This document shows positions 9,078-18,925 of a DNA stretch of 64,000 bases, one piece after another. The stretch is from an uncultured Bacteroidota bacterium. GTDB lineage: Bacteria > Bacteroidota > Rhodothermia > Rhodothermales > UBA10348. Below the pieces are notes generated by a model. That model saw only the letters and a list, made by a program, of their open reading frames with translations, ran no database searches and had not been told where the DNA came from. Where the stretch lies: assembly GCA_937877085.1 (NCBI GenBank), contig CALEEY010000026.1:5002-69001 (forward strand), written 5' to 3'. A program made the translations under genes and the position numbers. Every line of letters begins with the position of its first letter. Position 1 is the first letter of the stretch.

Positions 9078-9275
9078 TTACTGTTTTTTCTGACTGAAAA
9101 GCCAGTCAATCATTTCATCAATTGAGACCCAGTGGTTTAGGAAACCCGTTTCGACGGTTTGGGCGGCTAATTGTCCTGTAATTGAAGTGAACATGAGCAA
9201 AACGAAAGCGGCCTTCAAAGACGACCTCACGTTTAGAATCGATGATTGCTTTAATGACATCCTAGTGTGACCCAT
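9078..9275 (-). CDS. Possible small secreted peptide
   Basis: 65-aa ORF ending 8 nt upstream of the RidA start. An internal Met gives a signal-like sequence (MSLKQ...AAFVLLMFTSITGQLAAQ) followed by about 25 aa. Confidence 0.3.
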   Translation of the reverse strand: MGHTRMSLKQSSILNVRSSLKAAFVLLMFTSITGQLAAQTVETGFLNHWVSIDEMIDWLFSQKKQ

Positions 9276-9316
9276 TGAGTTAAATGGAGGCTTTCTTTGT
9301 AAAACAGGCAGTCAGC

Positions 9317-10006
9317 CTATACTCGGTTAAGAAAGTAGTCAAAAAGGAGCCGACCGGCATCCTTTGAGGGGCCCTCTGAGGTTATTTTGTCTACATCGTA
9401 GCCATATTCCCGGAGGAGAGCCTGATCCTTTTTAAAGATTCTGTTTCCAACGGCGCTGGTTACTTCTGGATGAAACTGAGTACCAAGCAGGCGAAGTCCA
9501 GGATTTATGGTTGCCTGAATCTCGCTGTGATGGCTGCAAGCAATCACTTCTGAGCCGGGAGGAAGAGCGATTACTTCATCAAAATGATGTTGCCACATTT
9601 TTTCAATCGGATGTAAACCAAGCACTTCAATGCCCCGTTGGTTAAACGCTATCTCCCCCCAACCCGCTTCGAAGCCATTGGGAGATGCTCGAACAGCGGA
9701 CTCGCCGACTAATGCACGGCAGATAAGCTGATGCCCATAACAAATACCCATTTGAGCAATCCCCATTTTGGTTGCTTGTCGAATAAAAGATTCTGCTTTT
9801 AGGGTAAACGGGGAGCACTCGGTAATCGAGAGTTCTGATCCGGAGTGGATGACGTGCGTAAACCCTCGATCTACTAGATCGACGGGAAACGATGCTTCCG
9901 AATCGATAACCAGCGAAGTCACCTGGTCGCTATCAGGCAACCACGGACGAATGGTTGGGATGGCAATTCGCGATGTTGAATAATCTAGAATAAGAATGGA
10001 TGGCAT
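9317..10006 (-). CDS. Class I glutamine amidotransferase-like protein
   Basis: Nucleophile elbow GICYGHQL and a distal QFHPE (His/Glu of the triad). Confidence 0.75.
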   Translation of the reverse strand: MPSILILDYSTSRIAIPTIRPWLPDSDQVTSLVIDSEASFPVDLVDRGFTHVIHSGSELSITECSPFTLKAESFIRQATKMGIAQMGICYGHQLICRALVGESAVRASPNGFEAGWGEIAFNQRGIEVLGLHPIEKMWQHHFDEVIALPPGSEVIACSHHSEIQATINPGLRLLGTQFHPEVTSAVGNRIFKKDQALLREYGYDVDKITSEGPSKDAGRLLFDYFLNRV

Positions 10007-10024
10007 TTTCTTAACCGGCTTGTG

Positions 10025-10465
10025 TTATCCGTTTCCAAGCCGGGGGGCCACACCGAGCAACTTGGATACATATTTCTTGGCTTTGTTCAACTGTATTTCT
10101 GTTAAGGGCTCCACCAGAGTGGCCGCGTGCAAATCCAATGTCGCAGACGCCTCTTGGTAGATTTTACGTCCCGCTTTCGAGAGTCTTACAAGGCTTACAC
10201 GCGCATCCCTTGGGTTGATTTCCTTTTCAACCAATCCGATTTTTTCCATAGGGGCCAGCATCCTGGTGACTCCAGAAGCGCTTATTCCAATTGCTTCGGC
10301 TAGATCAATCCGTCGCATCGCCTCACCAGAAGTAGTGCCTAAGTAATGAAGGATCATATACTCAGAAAAGCTAATTCCATGCAAGCTCATACCGCCATCC
10401 AATCGTTTGATGAACTTGGCATGCAACCTGGTGTGCGAAAAAATAAAGTCTGCTGCAGTGCTCAT
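10025..10465 (-). CDS. MarR family transcriptional regulator
   Basis: 146 aa with a winged-HTH segment (RIDLAEAIGISASGVTRMLAPMEKIGLVEKEINPRDARVSLVRLSKAGR). Confidence 0.85.
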   Translation of the reverse strand: MSTAADFIFSHTRLHAKFIKRLDGGMSLHGISFSEYMILHYLGTTSGEAMRRIDLAEAIGISASGVTRMLAPMEKIGLVEKEINPRDARVSLVRLSKAGRKIYQEASATLDLHAATLVEPLTEIQLNKAKKYVSKLLGVAPRLGNG

Positions 10466-10519
10466 ATTTTTTAATCTGCTTGTTGGGTGCTATCTGTCCA
10501 AGCCTTTGAGTACAGATAA

Positions 10520-10558
10520 GTCAATCATTATATACTTGCTTAATGATTGACTAGTCAA
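10520..10558. promoter_or_regulatory. Candidate MarR operator (nested palindromes)
   Basis: GTCAATCATTA-N10-TAATGATTGAC has 11-bp perfect arms. It overlaps the 12-nt perfect palindrome TTGACTAGTCAA. The site lies 55-93 nt upstream of the MarR start. Confidence 0.45.
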
Positions 10559-10619
10559 ATATATGTCAAGTATTTACAAGGGTCAAGAGGCGACCTCAAA
10601 CGACCTGTCTGTTACAAAC

Positions 10620-10661
10620 GAAGAGCGGCCGTTTACCCGAATGGGTAAACGGCCGCTCTTC
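10620..10661 (-). terminator. Long stem-loop downstream of the LVIVD-repeat gene
   Basis: Perfect 19-bp stem GAAGAGCGGCCGTTTACCC / GGGTAAACGGCCGCTCTTC with a GAAT loop, about 100 nt after the stop at 10764. The T-tract is weak. Confidence 0.55.
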
Positions 10662-10763
10662 AGAATTCATCCTAAAAAAACCGAGGTCTTTTATCGGTTG
10701 TGCTTCAGTTCACTGAGAAATGCCAATTGTCTTTTGGGCTGCTTCCTCAGATAGCACCCTGAA

Positions 10764-12791
10764 TTACATGGAACCAAGGTCTTTCACAACGCCAGCAAGA
10801 GTTTTCACTTTTGCATTCGATGTGTTTTTACCTAGCTCGGAAGCCAGCGCAGAAAGGGCTGATTTACGAGCAGAGCCTGAAGCGCTTTCTGCAGCTGCCA
10901 AAGACTTCCGGGTAGATTCGATCTGAGCTTGAGGTAAGCCCTTAGAGCGTTCCAACTGATCGACATAAGCCTGAGCCAAAACAAACGTGGTTGGCCATTT
11001 ATACGTTGGCTGACCCTGTGCATTGAGGTAGGTTAGCTTGACCGTATTGGCAGCTGCTATTTCGTTCGCCGAAAGGAATCCGCTTGGCTTCAATTCGAAA
11101 ATGTCCAAGCCTCTGGAAATTTCTGAGCTTACGATAAGTCCATTATACCAATAGACGGACCAGCTACCGCCAGCACCTTGGTGATCGGCAGCACTTGGCC
11201 CGCGGTCATGGAATCCAATTTCAAATACGTTGTCCAAATCCGACCAATCAAAGATGGAAATACCACCCTGATACCAGGACTGGACCATGATTTCGCGTCC
11301 AGGAACCGGAATCAACGAACCGTTATGCGCAACACAGTTTTCTATGTTGGTTTGAGGTGCGGGCAGCTTGTAGTAGCTGTGGAAATTCATTTTGCCTTTG
11401 TCAATGCTGAAATAGGCATTAGCACCCCATTCCTTAGGATCGTCGGCGCGGCACTTAGGCTGGCCACCTCCACCCCATTCGTCGGTAAAGAGCATTTTGC
11501 TACCGTCATTGCTGAAGGTTGCCGAATGCCAATACGAGAAGTTAGAGTCGGCAACCGCGTCCATGCGGAAAGGATTAACCGGGTCCGTAATGTCTAGCAA
11601 CAATCCGTATCCACCACAAGCACCACCTGCGCGGCCAATTTCTGGATACAAGGTAATGTCATGGCACTGCGTTGGGCCTGGCCGCGGACCGTCTGACGGT
11701 GGGCCTGGTGGCCGAGGAGGAAAAGCCTCTGCAATAAGTGCAGGAAGTGCCGTTCTGAATGCTGCGCTATCTGCGGCATTCATGGTTTCCATCGTTTTGC
11801 CACGATCTTTCAAAAATGGCTCTAAAATGGGGGCTAGCATGCGTCCTGGAAGCACACGTTCTTGTCCAAATATTTCGGCTACGAATTCGCCGCGCGCTTT
11901 AGCTTCTGCCATTTCAACCGCATCTGCTGGAGATGCGCCGTGCTGTGGCGGTGCAACTAGGTCTTCAAAGATCTTAGGCTTACTTACAACAGCTGCATTT
12001 TCTGGGTGCGCAAGTGGCACTTTGATAATTTCAATGCGGAACAGGGATGAGTTTGGATCTTCACTCGGTTGAGCGGCAACACATCCGGGTACCTCTTCTT
12101 CAGAACGAACGCTTGAAGATCCCGAGATGTAGATATACACGTTATCGTTGTCTTTTGGATCTTTTAATACCGAGTGGGTATGTGATCCGCGACACGTCTG
12201 GACGTTCGCTACGTTTTTGGGATTATTGAGGTCGGTAATATCAAAAATACGAATACCGCGCAGACGTTCATGGCTTACAGCCTCGGCTACACCCTGGCTT
12301 CCGCAGTCAATACGACCCGTAAGCCCTTCGCCAGAAATGAACATCAAGTTTCCATAAACGGAAACGTCGCTCTGAGAAGCAGGGCAGACAAATTCCTTAG
12401 CCAATTTGGGGCTTTTGGGATTCGAAATATCCCAAACTTGGACGCCGTTATAGTTGCCCTGAAATACGTAATTCCCTTTGAACGCTAGGTCAGAGTTGGT
12501 TACGCCAATAAACGATTCGGATGGTTTCGAAGAAGATACTTTGGTGAGATTCCACATAGCCTCTTCAGCATCAAAAAGACCTGGCTTTAATCCGATGCGA
12601 GGATCCGGACTTGGAGCTTTCGTCGACATATTAGCCTGCGAACTCATCGCCATTGAAGAGGAAGATGAGGATGCCATTGGTTTTGGCGCACAAGCAGAAA
12701 CACCGACTGTAATGGCAATGACCACGACCAGCCATAGCCGACCGACGGTCGTTCCAAACAGGGAACGGTGATTTAAAGGATGACCTTTCAT
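10764..12791 (-). CDS. LVIVD-repeat beta-propeller protein, secreted
   Basis: Signal/TM segment at the N-terminus. Recurrent LVIVD-type repeats are visible (GVQVWDISNPKSPK, GIRIFDITDLNNPK, LLLDITDPVNPF, GISIFDWSDLDN, GLDIFELKP). Confidence 0.7.
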   Translation of the reverse strand: MKGHPLNHRSLFGTTVGRLWLVVVIAITVGVSACAPKPMASSSSSSMAMSSQANMSTKAPSPDPRIGLKPGLFDAEEAMWNLTKVSSSKPSESFIGVTNSDLAFKGNYVFQGNYNGVQVWDISNPKSPKLAKEFVCPASQSDVSVYGNLMFISGEGLTGRIDCGSQGVAEAVSHERLRGIRIFDITDLNNPKNVANVQTCRGSHTHSVLKDPKDNDNVYIYISGSSSVRSEEEVPGCVAAQPSEDPNSSLFRIEIIKVPLAHPENAAVVSKPKIFEDLVAPPQHGASPADAVEMAEAKARGEFVAEIFGQERVLPGRMLAPILEPFLKDRGKTMETMNAADSAAFRTALPALIAEAFPPRPPGPPSDGPRPGPTQCHDITLYPEIGRAGGACGGYGLLLDITDPVNPFRMDAVADSNFSYWHSATFSNDGSKMLFTDEWGGGGQPKCRADDPKEWGANAYFSIDKGKMNFHSYYKLPAPQTNIENCVAHNGSLIPVPGREIMVQSWYQGGISIFDWSDLDNVFEIGFHDRGPSAADHQGAGGSWSVYWYNGLIVSSEISRGLDIFELKPSGFLSANEIAAANTVKLTYLNAQGQPTYKWPTTFVLAQAYVDQLERSKGLPQAQIESTRKSLAAAESASGSARKSALSALASELGKNTSNAKVKTLAGVVKDLGSM

Positions 12792-12889
12792 AATAGATTC
12801 ATGGGTTGTTGTGACGGGGAGGACAGTTACAAGAAATGGCGGAGTTCAAATGTAAATCATTTACACTAAAAAGCCTTCAGGTTTTGAAA

Positions 12890-13576
12890 TCAGTTCGTAT
12901 TGGTCAATGCCTTTAGCATGAGTTCCATACGAGCAATTTCAGTGAGCTGGTCCACATTTATATCGTTGGCCACCTTGAACGCTAATTCATCCTGACCGGC
13001 GCCGTCATGACTGAAAAGTTCTTTCACCATAGACACGGCGCCCTGATGGTGTTGGATCATGTAGGTTAGAAACAATCGATCAAAATCGACTCCTTTGGCC
13101 ATATCTAGTTCGTCCAGCTGCTCTTGAGTTAGCATTCCTGGCATATGCATTGCGTGTTCACCGCCGCCATGGACCATTAACATCGTGCCATCGATATGAA
13201 CCTCAGGCACTTCTTGCTTGCGGTCCCGCAACCAATTTTGCATGGTTGCAATTTCATCTTTCTGAGCATTGGTGATTCTTGATGTCAGAATTAGAATTTC
13301 CGGGCCCGCGTCATTTTGGGGCGCCATTGCAGACATTATGAGCGCTTGCGCGTGATGTCCGATCATCCCTGTCATAAAATCGACGTCGGCCTTCACAAAT
13401 TTCGTCTTGGCGGCCTCCATTTTAGCCCAATACAGCTCTTCTAAGGCTTTTGTATCGCTTGAGCTAGCATCATTTGCCGCTGATTCGTCGGCCATTTTAC
13501 CTGAGGAGGCACAAGCGGACAAAAAGATGGTTGTGAAAAGGAGAACGACGAGGGAAAACGTACGATCATATTTCAT
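12890..13576 (-). CDS. DUF305 family lipoprotein (four-helix bundle, putative metal-binding)
   Basis: Start moved to the Met at 13576 (MKYDRTFSLVVLLFTTIFLSACASS). It has two DUF305-type His motifs, MIGHHAQAL and MIQHHQGAVSM. Confidence 0.7.
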   Translation of the reverse strand: MKYDRTFSLVVLLFTTIFLSACASSGKMADESAANDASSSDTKALEELYWAKMEAAKTKFVKADVDFMTGMIGHHAQALIMSAMAPQNDAGPEILILTSRITNAQKDEIATMQNWLRDRKQEVPEVHIDGTMLMVHGGGEHAMHMPGMLTQEQLDELDMAKGVDFDRLFLTYMIQHHQGAVSMVKELFSHDGAGQDELAFKVANDINVDQLTEIARMELMLKALTNTN

Positions 13577-13771
13577 TTGTACGGCCGTTTGGAAGGTTTT
13601 TATAGTCTGTAAGATAATAATTCGATTCGTTAAACGCTCGTACAAATGGGCCTATTATATCGAGCACGTTTAGGGAAAGCACCGACAAAAAGCGACTTTT
13701 TCCGGCCAGCTGTATCGCTCTCATCGTTTCTTCGATGACCTTCGCGATTCGGGCACGACCAGACCACGTAA

Positions 13772-14998
13772 TTATTTGGCCAGCTTTCTAGCGGCATCCA
13801 AAAACTCTCTTTTGCGAGCTACTCCTGCAGCGGTGATCGGGACACGGCCGGAGTGCATGGCTCCTACATTGCCCAGAACGGCAACCACTACATCTTCGCC
13901 CTCCACCCAATAGAGCGATCCATTGAATCCCAATACGTCGCCCGAGTGCCCGATGGTAACCAGTCCATCGGGGTAGGCTGATTTAAAAACGTTGTGGCCA
14001 ACCCAGCGGTCCTCCCGAACCTGAAACCAGTCCATCATGAAGGCCATGCTTTCCGGCTTTAACAATTGACCATCGCGTAGCGCTTTTCCGTAGAGCGCCA
14101 AGTCAGTCGCAGATGCCACCATACCGCCTGCTGTCCACTCCACAGAAAGATTGGAGCCCGTCGCATCAATCAAATCCGGTCTAATTTCTGCGAACACTGA
14201 ATTGACCCCGGCATCTGCCCTAAACTCCGGGGTAGCCCAATGATATCGGTGCGGAAGTTGAGCTGCGGGTACCTCTTCAAATCCCTCAAGATGGATGTCC
14301 TTTAGGCCCAATGGATCGAGAATCCTCAGGTGAATTTCATCTACGGCTTCCTTCCCAGTCACTTGCTCGATGATCATCCCAAGCAGCGTATAGTTTGTAT
14401 TGGCGTAACTGTGTTTTTCGCCCGGAGTAAAGAGCGGCTCGTGGCCCTGGATGTAGGGTAATGTCTGTGTTTTACCCCATATTTCGCTCGGATTGAGGGC
14501 GTCGCCCCGACCTTCCCGAATCCACAGAGGATCGTCTTCCCAGCTTGGGATGCCACCAGTATGGTTCAAAAGTTGGGCAATGGTGGCCTTGTCCGCATTG
14601 GGAATTCCGTTTACAGCATCTCCCAATATGCTTTCCGGCGTGGCATTTAGGTCAAGCTGCCCTTCCTCTGCAAGCTGCAAAATCACCACGTTTACAAACG
14701 TCTTGGTTATGCTTCCTATGCCAAAAAGCATTTCCGGCGATATGGGTTTGCCCGCCTCGATATCTGATAATCCTGCATTTCCGGCCCATACGAGGCCTTT
14801 TGAGGTAACAACGGCTGCCGAGATCCCCGGCATCCCCGTAATTACTGCTTCGTCAAGGATGGCTTGAAGCTCCGCCGCGGCGGCAACGTGTTCTGGGGTC
14901 TCCACATCGGGCTTGGAGCACGCCGAAAAAAACAATAGCCCCATACATAGGAGCATCCAAGTGAGTTTGTTTGGTTTGGTTTGCTGCCTATTGTTCAC
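13772..14998 (-). CDS. Serine hydrolase, class C beta-lactamase / DD-peptidase family
   Basis: Lipoprotein signal (FFSACSKP). It has the SxxK motif GSITK, a YAN (YxN) motif and HSG in IGHSGDVLGF. Confidence 0.8.
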   Translation of the reverse strand: MNNRQQTKPNKLTWMLLCMGLLFFSACSKPDVETPEHVAAAAELQAILDEAVITGMPGISAAVVTSKGLVWAGNAGLSDIEAGKPISPEMLFGIGSITKTFVNVVILQLAEEGQLDLNATPESILGDAVNGIPNADKATIAQLLNHTGGIPSWEDDPLWIREGRGDALNPSEIWGKTQTLPYIQGHEPLFTPGEKHSYANTNYTLLGMIIEQVTGKEAVDEIHLRILDPLGLKDIHLEGFEEVPAAQLPHRYHWATPEFRADAGVNSVFAEIRPDLIDATGSNLSVEWTAGGMVASATDLALYGKALRDGQLLKPESMAFMMDWFQVREDRWVGHNVFKSAYPDGLVTIGHSGDVLGFNGSLYWVEGEDVVVAVLGNVGAMHSGRVPITAAGVARKREFLDAARKLAK

Positions 14999-15073
14999 GT
15001 CGATGATCCTTTTTTAATGTGTAAATCCGAATGAAAACGCACGGGTTGCCGTCCCGAAAGGTAGATATCCGAC

Positions 15074-15418
15074 CTATGATTTCTTTTTCTTCCCTTTTTT
15101 CGACATTCGGGAGACTTCAATGGCCTTCCTCGACCACTCTTTTAAAGCATCCGAGTCTTCGATGACCGCGACCGGCACTTCATAATACTGCATGGTCCTT
15201 CCGTCTCCATAAGGTTCAAAAGCGCCCATGTCTACGGCTTCAAAGTCAGGCCGATTGGAGTCATTCACCTTGAAATATACCCGATCATTATCCAATAGGG
15301 CGAAGAAAAACTCTTCTGAGTACACCCCGACCCCTCCAAACATACCTTTGGAAGTAATATGAGGGAGCCCTTCTAGTTGCTCGATGATGTACGCGCGAAA
15401 ACTTGGGGAAACAGCCAT
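15074..15418 (-). CDS. TfoX N-terminal domain protein
   Basis: Start moved to the Met at 15418 (MAVSPSFRAYIIEQLEGL...MFGGVGVY...FFALLDNDRVYFKV), matching the TfoX_N pattern. The C-terminal tail is Lys-rich. Confidence 0.65.
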   Translation of the reverse strand: MAVSPSFRAYIIEQLEGLPHITSKGMFGGVGVYSEEFFFALLDNDRVYFKVNDSNRPDFEAVDMGAFEPYGDGRTMQYYEVPVAVIEDSDALKEWSRKAIEVSRMSKKGKKKKS

Positions 15419-15694
15419 CGTTTTAGTGTATGAGGTGATCGATCCTTGAAGAAAAGGCCCCAAGTGGCTCGGATGAAGGTGACATAAGCATATGAGTGGA
15501 CGCGACAAGTCAGGCAAACGTACGAAAGTAGATTCCTTTTTCATTCGGTACGATGGGATTTTCAAGGCGCATGCGTCGAAATAGGGAATAAACGGCGTTT
15601 CTTCGTCAAACCTCGTTATCTGAATCGATTTTCCTGCCTTAGCTTGCTTTGATATTGGTCCTTTCCCGCCCCAGCTGTCATTTAACCAACCCTG

Positions 15695-17599
15695 ATGAAC
15701 ATTCTTACGATTGAAGGCCTGCGCAAAAATTTTGGGGTGAAGCCGCTTTTGGATGCGGTCACTTTTGGATTGGCAGACGATGAGAAAATGGGGTTGATTG
15801 GCGCCAACGGATCCGGAAAGACAACCTTGATGCGCATCATTGCTGGCATTGAAAAGGCTGATGGTGGCCGGGTAATGATACCCAGCGGTTCGAGAGTGGC
15901 TTTTCTACCCCAAAATCCTGAATTCGCGGCAGACATGTCCGTTCTCGATGCGGTGTTTGACCAAGGCGATCCCAATCTTCGACTCCTTCATGATTACGAA
16001 GAAGCGACCCACGCTTTGACGGCCAGTAACGGTTCGGATGAGGCCCTGCTGGCCCGTGTTTTCGAGCTGAGCCACCAATTGGATGTTACGGGTGGCTGGG
16101 ATCGGGAAGCCAATGCTCATGCTATTCTGGATAGGCTCGGAATTGTCGATACCGACGCACTCGTAGGCACGCTTTCAGGGGGGCAACGCAAACGAGTCGC
16201 CCTTGCCCGCGCCCTGCTTCTTCAGCCCGATTTGCTCCTTCTTGATGAGCCCACCAACCATCTAGACACCGAGACCATTTCGTGGCTCGAAACCTATTTG
16301 GCTAGGTATCCTGGGGCGCTGCTGCTGGTTACCCACGATCGGTACTTCTTGGACCGGGTTACGAACCGCATGCTTGAAGTTGAGCCCGGTGGAGTGAAAA
16401 AGTATGAAGGCAATTACACCCGATATCTCGAACTGAAGGAAGTTCAGGAGCAGCTTGCCGAGGCTACGGAGCGCACGCGCCAGAATTTGGCTAAAAGAGA
16501 ACTTATTTGGCTTCGAAGAGGCGCCAAAGCGCGTACATCCAAATCCAAATATCGGCTGGAGCGTGCTCACGCCCTTCAAGAAGGAGGAAGAACCGGTCCT
16601 GGTGCTGGTATCGAGCTGTCTGCGGCATCAACCCGCCTTGGTAAGATGGTGTTGGAAATAGATGCGGTGTCCAAGTCCTATGGGGACATAACATTAGTCA
16701 AAAAGTACTCCCACCTTCTTACCCGCGAAGATCGTATTGGCATTATTGGTCCGAATGGTTCTGGAAAGACCACTCTTTTGGAGATGATTGCCGGCCGTAT
16801 TGCGCCTGATTCGGGTAAAATAGATGTGGGACCCACGGTAGTTATCGGCTATTTCGATCAGGAAGTCAGGGCGCTCAATGATTCTCTTCGGGTCATTGAC
16901 ACGGTTACCCAGGTAGCAGAACACGTTCGAACGGCCGATGGCACCCTCATTTCTGCCAGTGTGATGCTTGAGCGATTCCTCTTTCCCTCCGCCGTTCAGT
17001 ATACGCCCGTTGCCAAGCTCTCGGGTGGAGAACGCCGCCGGCTGCACCTGCTGCTCGTATTGATGGGAGCTCCTAACGTCCTCTTGCTAGACGAGCCTAC
17101 CAACGATTTGGATATCCCGACGCTCGCGGCGCTCGAAGAATACCTCGACACGTTTGCTGGTGTCCTGATTGTGGTTTCTCACGATCGTTGGTTTCTAGAT
17201 CGGACTATCGACAATATTTTGCGCTTTGAAGGCGATGGCACCATCCGCCCATACCCCGGCGATTACAGCGCTTACCTGGAAATCAAAGCTCGCGAAGAAA
17301 GCGCTGCTGCGGTGGCAAAGTCCGCCCCGGTTCCAGCGGCGCCTAAGCCAGTCGTAAAGCAGGAGCCATCCGCCGCCAAACCCCTTGCCAAGCTCAGTTT
17401 CAAAGAAAAAACGGAGCTGACTGAGCTCGAAAAGCGCATAGAAAAGGCGGAATCGCGCAAACTCGCCATTGAAACGGAGCTCGGCTCCAACGCCAGCAAT
17501 TTTGAAGCGGTTGCTGCGCTTTCCGGTGAACTGGGCGAACTGACCAAGAAGCTAGACCGAGACGTCGAACGCTGGGCGGAGTTGTCTGAGCGGGCATAA
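15695..17599 (+). CDS. ABC-F family ATPase (Uup/EttA-like)
   Basis: Two ABC cassettes: GANGSGKTT / LSGGQRKR / LLLDEPTNHLD and GPNGSGKTT / LSGGERRR / LLLDEPTNDLD. There are no TM segments and the tail is a C-terminal coiled coil. Confidence 0.9.
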   Translation: MNILTIEGLRKNFGVKPLLDAVTFGLADDEKMGLIGANGSGKTTLMRIIAGIEKADGGRVMIPSGSRVAFLPQNPEFAADMSVLDAVFDQGDPNLRLLHDYEEATHALTASNGSDEALLARVFELSHQLDVTGGWDREANAHAILDRLGIVDTDALVGTLSGGQRKRVALARALLLQPDLLLLDEPTNHLDTETISWLETYLARYPGALLLVTHDRYFLDRVTNRMLEVEPGGVKKYEGNYTRYLELKEVQEQLAEATERTRQNLAKRELIWLRRGAKARTSKSKYRLERAHALQEGGRTGPGAGIELSAASTRLGKMVLEIDAVSKSYGDITLVKKYSHLLTREDRIGIIGPNGSGKTTLLEMIAGRIAPDSGKIDVGPTVVIGYFDQEVRALNDSLRVIDTVTQVAEHVRTADGTLISASVMLERFLFPSAVQYTPVAKLSGGERRRLHLLLVLMGAPNVLLLDEPTNDLDIPTLAALEEYLDTFAGVLIVVSHDRWFLDRTIDNILRFEGDGTIRPYPGDYSAYLEIKAREESAAAVAKSAPVPAAPKPVVKQEPSAAKPLAKLSFKEKTELTELEKRIEKAESRKLAIETELGSNASNFEAVAALSGELGELTKKLDRDVERWAELSERA

Positions 17600-17649
17600 A
17601 CCGACATGTGGCGCCTCGAGCGGCTGTTTTGTGTACGCAGCGCTTGATG

Positions 17650-18909
17650 CTAGCCCGAATGATGCTGGGCTCGGTTCGTCATAACGACTAGACCTATGGC
17701 CGTAACCGCGGCAAATCCCGCCCCCGTGAAAAACGTGGCCGACGCTCCAAAGGATGTCCACAGGGTACCCGCGATTACGCTGGCCAAAAGAAGCGACAAC
17801 CCGCTAACCAAGTTAAAAATGCCGAATCCGGTACCGAGGATAGCCTCCGGGGTCGAATCTGCTACTAGTTTGGAGAGCAACCCTTGGGTAAAGGCCATGT
17901 GCAAGCCCCAGAGGGCGGCGCCTGCGAAAACCATCGACGGGCTGGACGCAAGGGCCAGAACCACGTCTGCGATTATGAGAAGAAGTAACCCCATGAGTAA
18001 GAGGGTATGCTTGTCGAAACGATCGGCAGCCGCACCGGCGGGCCAAGCGGCGCCTGAATAAAGCGCGTTCATCACAATCATAACGACCGGAACGTAGGCC
18101 ATTTCTAAACCAACGCCTTGCGCACGGATCACCAAAAATGCTTCACTAAATCGAGCCAATGAAAACACGGAGCCGAGTAAAACCGTCATCCAAAAGCTCC
18201 TTGGAAACCGTTTCATTGACTGGAGGCTAAAATGAAGCCTTTTTGACGCCGGTAATGACGCCGCTGGACGTTCTCGTGCCGGTTCTTGGATGAACAAAAA
18301 CAAAATGACCACAGCAACAACGGCTGGGATCACGGCAAACCAGAGCACCATTCTGATATCATTCAGGAAGATCAACATCAAAAACACGGCCAGTAGAGGC
18401 CCGAGAAGAGCACCTACGGAATCCAAGGCTTGACGAAGCCCAAAGGCGGCCCCTCGGCGCCCCTGAGGGGTGATTTCAGTAACTAAAGCATCGCGCGGAG
18501 CTCCACGTATTCCTTTTCCAATGCGGTCAATAAAACGGGCTGTAAACACCCAATTGGCAGAAGCAGCCAGCGGAAACAGGGGTTTGGTCAGCGCTGCCAG
18601 ACCATACCCGAAGACCATCAAGAATTTTCGATTTCTGAAATAATCGCTGAGCGCACCCGAAAATACTTTAGTGATAGCGGCAGTCGCTTCTGCAACCCCC
18701 TCGATTACGCCAACTGTGATCATCGAAGCCCCAAGAGAGGTTACCAAAAAGACCGGCAACAGACTGTGGACCAATTCTGAGGACATATCCATGAACAAGG
18801 ACCCCAAGCCCAATACCCAGATTCCTTTGGGCATGGCCTTCCACGCCGGGGACTTGCCACTGATGGGATTTGTCACGTTTATTCGCTCCAGCGCCTTAAA
18901 AATGTCCAA
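17650..18909 (-). CDS. MFS transporter
   Basis: 419 aa with about 12 predicted TM helices. A loop motif (FIDRIGKGIRGAPRDAL) resembles the MFS 2-3 loop. Confidence 0.75.
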   Translation of the reverse strand: MDIFKALERINVTNPISGKSPAWKAMPKGIWVLGLGSLFMDMSSELVHSLLPVFLVTSLGASMITVGVIEGVAEATAAITKVFSGALSDYFRNRKFLMVFGYGLAALTKPLFPLAASANWVFTARFIDRIGKGIRGAPRDALVTEITPQGRRGAAFGLRQALDSVGALLGPLLAVFLMLIFLNDIRMVLWFAVIPAVVAVVILFLFIQEPARERPAASLPASKRLHFSLQSMKRFPRSFWMTVLLGSVFSLARFSEAFLVIRAQGVGLEMAYVPVVMIVMNALYSGAAWPAGAAADRFDKHTLLLMGLLLLIIADVVLALASSPSMVFAGAALWGLHMAFTQGLLSKLVADSTPEAILGTGFGIFNLVSGLSLLLASVIAGTLWTSFGASATFFTGAGFAAVTAIGLVVMTNRAQHHSG

Positions 18910-18925
18910 TGTAAACCAAAGCCCA

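Noticed and set aside
11497-12072. 191-aa plus-strand ORF rich in Gly/Pro/Ser/Ala
   Set aside because: It is antisense to the LVIVD-repeat gene and is a low-complexity mirror of the Pro/Gly-rich linker of that protein.
15682-15975. 97-aa minus ORF, together with 16262-16579 and 16694-17047 and 17272-17607 on the minus strand
   Set aside because: All are antisense to the ABC-F ATPase gene, whose Walker and signature motifs are unambiguous.
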